NCBI GenBank assembly: GCA_041168925.1
Contig: JBEEJY010000006.1
Span: 2,859 to 66,858 of the forward strand
Direction of reading: 5' to 3'
DNA length: 64,000 nucleotides
Origin: Candidatus Parcubacteria bacterium
GTDB taxonomy: Bacteria > Patescibacteriota > Minisyncoccia > Phycocordibacterales > UBA2100
Part shown: positions 40,593-50,989 of the stretch, one piece after another
How the letters are laid out: the number at the start of each line of letters is the position of its first letter
Numbering within the stretch: position 1 is the first letter of the stretch
The notes under the pieces: model-generated
What the model saw: only the letters and a program-made list of their open reading frames with translations
What the model was told of the DNA's origin: nothing
Database searches by the model: none
Position numbers and translations under genes: made by a program

Positions 40593-41276
40593 TTACAATA
40601 CGTACTTACCCTGCCTGTCGTCGCGAACGACTCTGCCTTGATCCATCGTCACGACTCGCCTGCCCACGGAGTCGACGACCGACTTGTTGTGTGTCGTGAG
40701 GATGACGGTGGTACCCAGGTCGTTGATCTTCTTTAATATCTCGACGACATCATGCGTGTTGATGGGATCGAGATTGCCTGTCGGCTCATCCGCGATCAAG
40801 ACGTCGGGCTGATTGACTATCGCGCGCGCGATCGCGACGCGTTGCTGCTCTCCTCCCGAAAGTTCATGCGGGAAACTCCACGTTTTGTCGGCCAGGCCTA
40901 CAAGCTCGAGCACGTGCGGCACGTCTCCCTCGATGTCTTCGTCGCTCTTGCCGCCGACTTCGAGCGCGAAGGCTATGTTTTCATAGACGTTTTTCGTCGG
41001 CAGCAAGCGGAAGTCTTGAAAAATCGTGCCGATGTTGCGGCGTAGTTTCAGGAGCTCTTTGGGCGCGAGTTTGCCGATATCGCGCTCGCCGAAATAGACG
41101 GAGCCCTCGGTCGGCTGCACCTCGGCGAAGAGCATCTTGAGAAGCGTCGTCTTTCCCGCTCCCGAGTGCCCGACGATCGAAACAAACTCGCTCGGCTCGA
41201 TGCTGAGCGTTATATCGTACACGGCCGGCGGGCCGCCGATGACGTATGTTTTCGTGACCTTATCGAAATAGATCAT
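40593..41276 (-). CDS. ftsE: Cell division ATP-binding protein FtsE
   Basis: GHSGAGKTT, RRNIGTIFQDFRLL, LSGGEQQRVAIARA, ADEPTGNLD. Confidence 0.95.
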   Translation of the reverse strand: MIYFDKVTKTYVIGGPPAVYDITLSIEPSEFVSIVGHSGAGKTTLLKMLFAEVQPTEGSVYFGERDIGKLAPKELLKLRRNIGTIFQDFRLLPTKNVYENIAFALEVGGKSDEDIEGDVPHVLELVGLADKTWSFPHELSGGEQQRVAIARAIVNQPDVLIADEPTGNLDPINTHDVVEILKKINDLGTTVILTTHNKSVVDSVGRRVVTMDQGRVVRDDRQGKYVL

Positions 41277-41293
41277 GGCACGTTATCGCGCCA

Positions 41294-42190
41294 TTATACC
41301 GTACTCTCCCGTCCGGCAATATCTTTCTCCGAGTCGATGAAAGATTGAATGTCTCCTTCGAGCACATGCTCGACGTCGCGGCGCTCGTGTTCGGTGCGGT
41401 GATCTTTGACGAGCTGGTACGGATGGAGCACGTATGAGCGTATCTGACTTCCCCACTCGATCTTCGTCGAGGCGCCGGCAGATAGCCCGCGTGACTGATT
41501 GATCTGTGCGGTTTCCTTGAGCTGAAATAATTTTCCGCGAATCATCTCGAGCGCTTTTTCTCTATTTTGCGCCTGGCTCCTCTCGCTTGTAACGTGCACG
41601 GTGATGCCCGATGGCTTGTGCGTCATCCGTACCGCAGTATCGCGTTTGTTGACGTTTTGCCCGCCCGGGCCGCCAGAACGGGCGACCGTGATCTCAAGCT
41701 CGCTTTCTGGAACGTGCGTGTCGTCGACATCGGGAAGCCTCGGCAGTACCTCGACGAGCGAGAAGCTCGTTTGTCGCTTGCCGGCCGCGTTGAAAGGCGA
41801 CATGCGCACCAGCCGGTGCACCCCCGCTTCTTTTTTCAAACTGCCGTACGCGTCACGTCCGACCACTTCAAACGAAACACTTCGGTATCCGCCCAGCGAA
41901 TTCGCGTTCGAAGAAAGCAGCACTGTTCGCCAGTCGCGCGAGGCGGCGTATTTCCCGTACATTTCAAAAAGCATTCGTGAAAAATCTTCGGCGTCGTCGC
42001 CGCCTGCGCCGGAAATTATCGAGACAATGGCGTCTCCTTTGTCGTATTGCCCTACACCTGCGATCTTTGCCTTCAGCTCTTGGTACTCTTTCACGGCGGT
42101 CTGTGCCTTCTCCTTATCATTCCAAAAATCCGCGGAACCCATAGCAGCTTCTATCTCCGCGATTCTAATTTCCATTTTTACTTTATCCAT
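41294..42190 (-). CDS. prfB: Peptide chain release factor 2 (compact, no frameshift)
   Basis: [11 protein letters not shown] (SPF), [22 protein letters not shown]. Confidence 0.93.
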   Translation of the reverse strand: MDKVKMEIRIAEIEAAMGSADFWNDKEKAQTAVKEYQELKAKIAGVGQYDKGDAIVSIISGAGGDDAEDFSRMLFEMYGKYAASRDWRTVLLSSNANSLGGYRSVSFEVVGRDAYGSLKKEAGVHRLVRMSPFNAAGKRQTSFSLVEVLPRLPDVDDTHVPESELEITVARSGGPGGQNVNKRDTAVRMTHKPSGITVHVTSERSQAQNREKALEMIRGKLFQLKETAQINQSRGLSAGASTKIEWGSQIRSYVLHPYQLVKDHRTEHERRDVEHVLEGDIQSFIDSEKDIAGRESTV

Positions 42191-42191
42191 G

Positions 42192-42263
42192 AGCCGACCC
42201 GGGGAGTTGAACCCCGAACCTACGGTTTACGATACCGTTGCTCTACCATTGAGCTAGGTCGGC
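42192..42263 (-). tRNA. tRNA-Thr(CGT)
   Basis: GCCGACCTAGCTCAATGGTAGAGCAACGGTATCGTAAACCGTAGGTTCGGGGTTCAACTCCCCGGGTCGGCT. Confidence 0.95.
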
Positions 42264-42301
42264 AACAGTGCGAATATATCATATTTTTGGTTCTGTGAGA
42301 C

Positions 42302-42325
42302 GCATTCGTTTCAGCATTCGTTTCA
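42302..42325. repeat. Perfect 12-bp tandem direct repeat GCATTCGTTTCA x2
   Basis: 42302-42313 and 42314-42325, in the spacer between the two tRNA-Thr genes. Confidence 0.8.
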
Positions 42326-42365
42326 ATAATTCCCGGCGGCGAAACCCTGTTGGGTTTGATTCTTG

Positions 42366-42607
42366 AGCCGATGGCCGGAATTGAACCGGCGACCTACTCC
42401 TTCATTGCTACCTCCGTTTATGTATTATCGGAGGATTAGACTGTATATCCGACTCAACGAGTCGCTCTTGTCAGTCGTTCGGGCGCAAGCGCCACGGTCT
42501 GAACCTCGTACAGGCCTTTGACCGTTATTCGAGCGTGCAACAACAGATTGCTCTGTTGCGGGCAGTTGTCTACCATGGAGTTGCTCTACCAACTGAGCTA
42601 CATCGGC
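42366..42607 (-). tRNA. tRNA-Thr(GGT) interrupted by a group I intron (exon 1 42572-42607, exon 2 42366-42402)
   Basis: Joined exons GCCGATGTAGCTCAGTTGGTAGAGCAACTCCATGGT|AAGGAGTAGGTCGCCGGTTCAATTCCGGCCATCGGCT give a 73-nt cloverleaf with stem ACTCC/GGAGT and loop ATGGTAA. Confidence 0.93.
42403..42571 (-). ncRNA. Compact group I intron (169 nt) at tRNA position 36/37
   Basis: P1 GGU|AG-ACAA-CUGCC with U.G at the splice site; P2 GCAACAGA-GCAA-UCUGUUGU; P3 GCUC/GAGC; P4 ACGGU/ACCGU; P5 GGCCU/AGGUU; P6 GGCG-CUUG-CGCC; P7 GACUG/CAGUC with J8/7 GGAUAUA; P8 GACUC/GAGUC; P9 CCUCCG/CGGAGG; ends in G. Confidence 0.9.
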
Positions 42608-42609
42608 TT

Positions 42610-43215
42610 CTATGTACTTCCTTTGGCCACCCCTTCGATGGCATTGCAGAGAATATCACGAAGCTTCTTATTATTGAAATACACCGTGAGTATGCCGTAT
42701 CTGGTCTTCCGGCGGTAGTTGCCGATGCCGCGATGCGGCGTCACAACAATCGTGGGAAGAAATTGTTGGCGAGGAGCGCGAAGCAGGCGCATCCAATATC
42801 GTATGGCTTCAGTTTTGTTCATATCTCCGAAAATCTGAAGGCCGAAACGTAACTTCTTTGTTTGTATCCCATAACACTTCACCAAAAATTGTATGAATAT
42901 GCTAATAAGTTTCGGATCGCTATTCCCCAACCGAATCGAGCCTCTGTTCGCTTTAGTACCTTCACCCCAGTACAAGCCTATACCAATGCCGTACAAGATT
43001 GCTTCATTAATGGTTCGCGGAAAACTGACCTTGAAGGGGTCGCCGGCCGGATTCCACATTTCATATAAAGCATCGCTTATTGACCGTTTGGGAATCTTGA
43101 ACTTCGAGAGCCAGTAGTTCACCTGATGCTGCGAACATTTGAGTTGCTTCGCAATAGTTGATACCGACAATTTCTTTTCTTGATATAGCTTTAACAGCGT
43201 CCCCCTCCCAATCAT
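42610..43215 (-). CDS. HTH + LAGLIDADG-like (LYWGEG-type) endonuclease-fold protein
   Basis: N-terminal HTH LSVSTIAKQLKCSQHQVNYWLSKF; helix GIGLYWGEGTK then LGNSDPKLISIFIQFL...YW...YGILTVYF; AT-richer than flanks; start at ATG 43215 behind TGGTATATT. Confidence 0.75.
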   Translation of the reverse strand: MIGRGTLLKLYQEKKLSVSTIAKQLKCSQHQVNYWLSKFKIPKRSISDALYEMWNPAGDPFKVSFPRTINEAILYGIGIGLYWGEGTKANRGSIRLGNSDPKLISIFIQFLVKCYGIQTKKLRFGLQIFGDMNKTEAIRYWMRLLRAPRQQFLPTIVVTPHRGIGNYRRKTRYGILTVYFNNKKLRDILCNAIEGVAKGST

Positions 43216-43238
43216 TAGAGTAATATACCACGCTGTAC

Positions 43239-43922
43239 CTAATCTACTGGATACTCCCATAATTCCTCGATAACCGGCGCAACCGCTTCATCGGTGATGT
43301 CTTCGGGCTTTATGGACGCATGCGCAAATATTTGCCGCTCCAGCTCATGACCGAGTTCCACGAGCGTTTCATAATCGTCCGGCGCAGCAATGACTCCACT
43401 CGCGAACGACACACCGACCTTACCATTGTTTTCCATACGAGCGAGGTATCTTTTCCGACCATCTTCCCAGCGCTCCCGCATCGAGCGCACGCCGTATGGT
43501 GTCACACGGGAGTCCGCATATTCGAGGATCTTTAGTTCGTAGGATCGACTTTCGACTATCCGCTGCATCTTTGCAAATCCGGTATCGCCAATGTATGCGA
43601 CAACTTGCTGCGGTAGCCCAATCTCTGCCGCGATCTTCATGCTCGCATGATGTTGCTCCTTGCCGTATTTTTTTTTGAAATCCATCTTCACGTGCTCCCA
43701 ATATTCACGCCCTTCTGGTTCAAGTGCCTCCGGGAATTTCGACAGGTCGAATTTCAAGATGTTGCCCATGTCGTGGAAAAGACATGCGAGCACTATTTCA
43801 TCGATATCAACGCTTCGCATGCTCTCGGCAATGATCTTTCCCACCGCAGCCACTCGCAGCTGATGTAGCCGCAGATTCGGCATGATGTCGTACGCTTCGT
43901 ATATCTCGCGCGCGGTGCGCAT
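43239..43922 (-). CDS. HD domain-containing protein
   Basis: LHQLRVA, ACLFHDMGN, YADSRV. Confidence 0.85.
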   Translation of the reverse strand: MRTAREIYEAYDIMPNLRLHQLRVAAVGKIIAESMRSVDIDEIVLACLFHDMGNILKFDLSKFPEALEPEGREYWEHVKMDFKKKYGKEQHHASMKIAAEIGLPQQVVAYIGDTGFAKMQRIVESRSYELKILEYADSRVTPYGVRSMRERWEDGRKRYLARMENNGKVGVSFASGVIAAPDDYETLVELGHELERQIFAHASIKPEDITDEAVAPVIEELWEYPVD

Positions 43923-43948
43923 GCGGCGATTTTAGCACGCAATGCTTC

Positions 43949-44464
43949 TTAGTGATCTCCGGCCTCGAGAGAGAAAAAATGTCGCATTCCGACTCCGGCG
44001 CTATGGTATACGCGCCGAAGTTCCTCGCTCGGGTGCGGAGCCTTCAATACTGCGCTGTCGCACCGTACAAAACCATTCAAAAGATGTTCTTGGGCCGAGG
44101 CGAGCAGCGTTTCGATGACTCGTTCTTGGTGATGCGCGTCGCGAAGCCATATATCGTCAATGATTCCGACTCCATTTCCACGATTCAACGTGAGTACGCC
44201 GACAATCTTCTCCCCGTCGCGAGCGACGATGACTGCGCCGTGACTGCTTTGTTTAAGGTGCTGCGAGCGCAACCTTTCGCTCTTCATCGACTCCCGACGC
44301 TCGGCAATGTTTCTTTTCTTGGACGTATCGAGTGCGCTGAAATCCAACTCTACGAGCAGGTCTTCTCCGAGTTGAGAGAGTCCCTCGGCGTCAATAAGCT
44401 CGGCATGAACGCCTTCTCGCTGCTTTGGCTTCTCGGGTATCGCTCCTTCGCGCGACATGTCCAT
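43949..44464 (-). CDS. Hypothetical protein with a degenerate GNAT-like fold
   Basis: VIVARDGEKIVGVL...GIIDDIWLRDAHHQERVIETLL resembles GNAT strands and motif A without the glycines. Confidence 0.55.
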   Translation of the reverse strand: MDMSREGAIPEKPKQREGVHAELIDAEGLSQLGEDLLVELDFSALDTSKKRNIAERRESMKSERLRSQHLKQSSHGAVIVARDGEKIVGVLTLNRGNGVGIIDDIWLRDAHHQERVIETLLASAQEHLLNGFVRCDSAVLKAPHPSEELRRVYHSAGVGMRHFFSLEAGDH

Positions 44465-44476
44465 ACGTTTACTATA

Positions 44477-44620
44477 TCACCCGACGCCGAGCGCGTGCAT
44501 AATGCTGCGAAAAAGTACGAGAAAAAACGAGAGAATCGTTACGATCAACTCGATAAAAAGGGAGAACGCCTTCCATGCGATCGACAGAAGCGTGTTCACT
44601 AGCGCCGTAAAAGAATCCAC
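44477..44620 (-). CDS. Small hydrophobic protein (47 aa)
   Basis: GTG start 6 nt after TAGCAT; MDSFTALVNTLLSIAWKAFSLFIELIVTILSFFLVLFRSIMHALGVG*; not in the ORF track. Confidence 0.55.
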   Translation of the reverse strand: MDSFTALVNTLLSIAWKAFSLFIELIVTILSFFLVLFRSIMHALGVG

Positions 44621-44641
44621 CGCTTCATGCTAACACAAGTG

Positions 44642-44715
44642 CGCGAGTGACGGGACTCGAACCCGCAACCTCGTCCGTGACAGGGACGCGCTCTAACCAA
44701 TTGAGCTACACCCGC
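44642..44715 (-). tRNA. tRNA-Asp(GTC)
   Basis: GCGGGTGTAGCTCAATTGGTTAGAGCGCGTCCCTGTCACGGACGAGGTTGCGGGTTCGAGTCCCGTCACTCGCG. Confidence 0.96.
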
Positions 44716-44833
44716 AAGTGAGGAATAAAGAACGCGTCAGCATGTTCTTTTTCCGAGTGCCGCGGATGTATGAGTACGCGATTACATCCGCAACAGCACC
44801 ACAATACTTGAAATTCCCATCACTTTCAATCCA

Positions 44834-44907
44834 TGCCGGGAGACAGATTCGAACTGTCGACCTAGCGCTTATGAAACGCTCGCTCTAACCGACTGAGCTA
44901 TCCCGGC
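44834..44907 (-). tRNA. tRNA with CAT anticodon (elongator Met or Ile2)
   Basis: GCCGGGATAGCTCAGTCGGTTAGAGCGAGCGTTTCATAAGCGCTAGGTCGACAGTTCGAATCTGTCTCCCGGCA; 1:72 paired. Confidence 0.92.
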
Positions 44908-44958
44908 CTCACGGGAAATATAGTTGATTTGGGTAAAAACTGCCAGTACACTTTCACT

Positions 44959-45138
44959 ATGTGGGGGATTATGCTGCAGATCAATTCGGCCTGTTTCATC
45001 ATAACGAGCGTCTACCTCGTCTATTCGTTTGGCACTGCGATCATGATGTGGGCGTGGAAGCCGTTTGGCGTAGCGCTCGTGCTCTTTATTTTCTTTGCAC
45101 TTGCCGAAATCGCGCTCGCCGCGATCGCGGAGCCGTGA
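44959..45138 (+). CDS. Small two-TM membrane protein (59 aa)
   Basis: MWGIMLQINSACFIITSVYLVYSFG...WKPFGVALVLFIFFALAEIALAAIAEP; TACACT shortly upstream of ATG. Confidence 0.6.
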   Translation: MWGIMLQINSACFIITSVYLVYSFGTAIMMWAWKPFGVALVLFIFFALAEIALAAIAEP

Positions 45139-45179
45139 ATTTCATTGCGCCGCTTCTGCGCGTGTAGTACAGTACGAAT

Positions 45180-45251
45180 AGCGGGGTGGAGCAGTAGTAG
45201 CTCGCAAGGCTCATAACCTTGAGGTCGCGGGTGCAAGTCCCGCCCCCGCAA
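45180..45251 (+). tRNA. Initiator tRNA-fMet(CAT)
   Basis: AGCGGGGTGGAGCAGTAGTAGCTCGCAAGGCTCATAACCTTGAGGTCGCGGGTGCAAGTCCCGCCCCCGCAA; 1:72 mismatch, GCGGGG acceptor, GAGC/GCTC D-stem. Confidence 0.9.
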
Positions 45252-45257
45252 CAACAA

Positions 45258-45968
45258 TCAGCTGATGAATCTGAATTCTTTGAAAACGCTCTCGTAGAGC
45301 GAAATGACGCGGCGCACCTCGCGCGGGCTCAAGAGATTCGCGTCGGGTTGATGAACGACGCGATTGCGCACACGATGCGCCTCCCACGCGCGATCGAGCG
45401 TCTGGAATGTCGTTCGATCGGCATTGCGCATTTTGTCGGCCATCGTTTCCCCTTTCAATCCAAGCACGTCGAGCAGTTCGTTGAGCATGATGTCTGCTTC
45501 GAGAATTGCCACGCGCCTGCTTTGTTCGGAATCCGACGCCGCTTGTTCGATTATGCGCTGCCAGCGCAGGTGTGTTTTCGGGACATCGCGGGCAGCGACA
45601 GAGCGCTGTGCGTGCGAGAAGCGGCGACGCTCCAGTTGCCGCACCTGGAACATTCGGATCGTGCAATAGAGGATAAGCGTGGTGAGTGCCAGGGAAATGA
45701 GGAGCGAAAACGCCACGAAACCGCTCCACCTCTGGAACAGTGCATCATACGCTCCGGGCGGCGAGGCGGTTTGCAGGTACTGTACGACCTGCGGCGCCGT
45801 TACAGGATTCGCGAGCGTCATTGAGAGCGCGGGTGACACGTCGGAAGGCGCTGGAGCGCCGGTGCCGACTGCGGTTTCGACGGCACCCGGCACCCATTTG
45901 AACGCGACTTCGCTCAAAAACCAAAGCGCCCACCCGAGATTGGTGCCTGCCGAGGCGTCCGGACTCAT
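45258..45968 (-). CDS. Membrane protein with a C-terminal helical domain bearing a HEPN-like RNxxxH motif
   Basis: TM FVAFSLLISLALTTLILY; AILEADIML...GETMADKM...AWEAHRVRNRVVH. Confidence 0.7.
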   Translation of the reverse strand: MSPDASAGTNLGWALWFLSEVAFKWVPGAVETAVGTGAPAPSDVSPALSMTLANPVTAPQVVQYLQTASPPGAYDALFQRWSGFVAFSLLISLALTTLILYCTIRMFQVRQLERRRFSHAQRSVAARDVPKTHLRWQRIIEQAASDSEQSRRVAILEADIMLNELLDVLGLKGETMADKMRNADRTTFQTLDRAWEAHRVRNRVVHQPDANLLSPREVRRVISLYESVFKEFRFIS

Positions 45969-45980
45969 TGGAAAAGTATA

Positions 45981-47396
45981 CTACGCGTTTTCTATCTCTT
46001 TCCCGATTCTGAACAGCACATCCTCGCTCTGATTCGCGCCGATGATCTGCAAACCGACCGGCAGCTTCAAGCCGTCGCGCTCGACGCTTCCCATCGGGAT
46101 CGCAAGGGCCGGGATCCCCGCGAGGTTAACCGGCACCGAAAAGATATCCTCCGCATACATCGCGAGCGGATCGCTCGCTTTTTCTCCGATTTTAAACGCC
46201 GGCGACGGCGTCGTCGGCAACGCAATCGCGTCTACGCTCTCGAATGCGCGCGAGAATTCTTCCGTAATGAGCGAACGAACGGCGCGAGCCTTGCGGTAGT
46301 AGGCATCGGCGTATCCCGCGGAGAGGACGAACGTGCCGACGAGAATCCGACGACGAGTCTCTCTGCCAAAACCCCGCGCCCGCGTTTTCGCGTAGGAATC
46401 CATCATTGTCTCGGCCGGCACGGAGAGCCCGTAGCGCACGCCGTCAAGCCGCGCAAGGTTCGTGGAAACTTCCGCGGGCATGACGATGTAATAGACAGCG
46501 AGTCCGTACGGCAAGGTGGGCAGCTCGATATCGCGCACTTCGTACCCGGCGTTCTCCAATACGCGAAGAGAGCGTTCAAATGCTTCGAGCAAATCCGCGT
46601 CTATGCCGCTTTTGAGAAATGCGCGCGGCACACCGATCCTCTTGCGCTCGGGATCTTTCTTTCCGACGCCATCAGGCAAAGAGGTGCTGTCGTTCGCGTC
46701 GTGTCCGCGGACGGCATCGAAAAGAATTTTCGCATCTTCGACCGTTTTTGCGAGCGGGCCGATTTGATCGAGGCTCGAGCCCATCGCGATAAGACCGGAA
46801 CGGGAGACGGCACCATAGGTGGGCTTGAGCCCGACCAAGCCGCAGTGCGCCGCGGGCTGGCGGATTGAGCCTCCCGTATCGCTTCCAAGCGCCGCAAGCG
46901 CGAGGTCGGCGGCGACAGCGGCCGCCGAACCGCCGGAAGAACCGCCCGGCACCCGCGCGCGGTCGTGCGGATTCTTGGTCGGACCGAATGCGGAATTCTC
47001 CGTCGAACTCCCCATCGCGAATTCGTCCATATTGGTACGACCGAGAAATATCGCGCCGTGTTCTTTCAGCTTCTGTATGACGTTTGCATCGTAGCTCGCG
47101 CGATAGTTTTCGAGCATTTTCGAAGCGGCCGACGCGATGCGTCCCTCGATGAGAATGTTGTCCTTGATCGCAAGAGGGATGCCCGTAAGCGGACGAGACG
47201 TTGCCGATGCAATCATCGCGTCGGCCGCTTTCGCCTCCGCGCGCGCGGAATCAGCCCACACTTCGAGGTACGCGCGTATCTCCACGTCTTTTTCCGCGAT
47301 AGCGTCGAGATACGCGTTCGTGAGTTCAAGCGCGGAATATTCTTTCGCATCCAACGATCTTCGCGCCGCCGCAATCGTGAGCCTCGAAAGATCCAT
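45981..47396 (-). CDS. gatA: Asp/Glu-tRNA amidotransferase subunit A
   Basis: IAIKDN-like, NMDEFAMGSSTENS, PGGSSGGSA, SDTGGSIRQPA, SSLDQIGP. Confidence 0.98.
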   Translation of the reverse strand: MDLSRLTIAAARRSLDAKEYSALELTNAYLDAIAEKDVEIRAYLEVWADSARAEAKAADAMIASATSRPLTGIPLAIKDNILIEGRIASAASKMLENYRASYDANVIQKLKEHGAIFLGRTNMDEFAMGSSTENSAFGPTKNPHDRARVPGGSSGGSAAAVAADLALAALGSDTGGSIRQPAAHCGLVGLKPTYGAVSRSGLIAMGSSLDQIGPLAKTVEDAKILFDAVRGHDANDSTSLPDGVGKKDPERKRIGVPRAFLKSGIDADLLEAFERSLRVLENAGYEVRDIELPTLPYGLAVYYIVMPAEVSTNLARLDGVRYGLSVPAETMMDSYAKTRARGFGRETRRRILVGTFVLSAGYADAYYRKARAVRSLITEEFSRAFESVDAIALPTTPSPAFKIGEKASDPLAMYAEDIFSVPVNLAGIPALAIPMGSVERDGLKLPVGLQIIGANQSEDVLFRIGKEIENA

Positions 47397-47398
47397 GG

Positions 47399-50329
<2,931 letters not shown>

Positions 50330-50332
50330 ACG

Positions 50333-50989
50333 CTACGAAGAGGTGCCGGCTCCGTCATTGACCCAGCGATAGAGATTCTCGGAGATCGTGAAGTTCTTGA
50401 TCTCAAATGCGCCTGTTCGCCAGGTGATCGTCACGGATACCCGTATCTCGTTGTGACCGCTGTCGACGTAGGCGGCCCGCACCATGCGAGTGAAATTCGT
50501 GTTCGTCCATCCGGTTCCGTATCCGTACAAGGTCCCATCGGTTTGAAGCGGAGGACAGGCGCTCTGCGGACATTCGGCTATCGAAGTAGAGGAATCGCCC
50601 GTATGGGCGTCGACGGTGAAGGGTCTTGCGCTCGCAAGCGATGTGCCGATCAGTCCCCTGTCCTCAAGAGGGCCGAAAATACTGACCGACGAAGCGTTTG
50701 CCGTGAGCGCGATCGTCAGTATTTGCGAATCTCGGATGCTTCGCAGCGCCTCGATCGCCTCCTGCGCCATGTAGAAAGCGGTGATCTGATCGCGCGCGTA
50801 ATAGGCAGACGCGAGGCTTTGCGCCGTGAGCGACATCGGAGCGACGATCGCTACGGTGAGAAGCGAGATGGCCACCAAGGTCTCGATGAGAGTGAATCCG
50901 GCGTTTTCCGCATATTTGAAAAACGTGGTCTTCTTTCCTTCGCCATCAGGACGGATTCGAGAAGGTCGATTTTTTAGGTGCCGGGTCAT
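50333..50989 (-). CDS. PilV-like minor pilin
   Basis: G|FTLIETLVAISLL; AFYMAQEAIEALRSIRD; VSVTITW. Confidence 0.85.
   Translation of the reverse strand: MTRHLKNRPSRIRPDGEGKKTTFFKYAENAGFTLIETLVAISLLTVAIVAPMSLTAQSLASAYYARDQITAFYMAQEAIEALRSIRDSQILTIALTANASSVSIFGPLEDRGLIGTSLASARPFTVDAHTGDSSTSIAECPQSACPPLQTDGTLYGYGTGWTNTNFTRMVRAAYVDSGHNEIRVSVTITWRTGAFEIKNFTISENLYRWVNDGAGTSS

Noticed and set aside
42403-42571. Integrated element/attachment-site scar or archaeal BHB intron as the explanation of the tRNA insert
   Set aside because: No duplicated tRNA end, no integrase and no bulge-helix-bulge; the U.G P1, P7 core and terminal G fit a group I intron.
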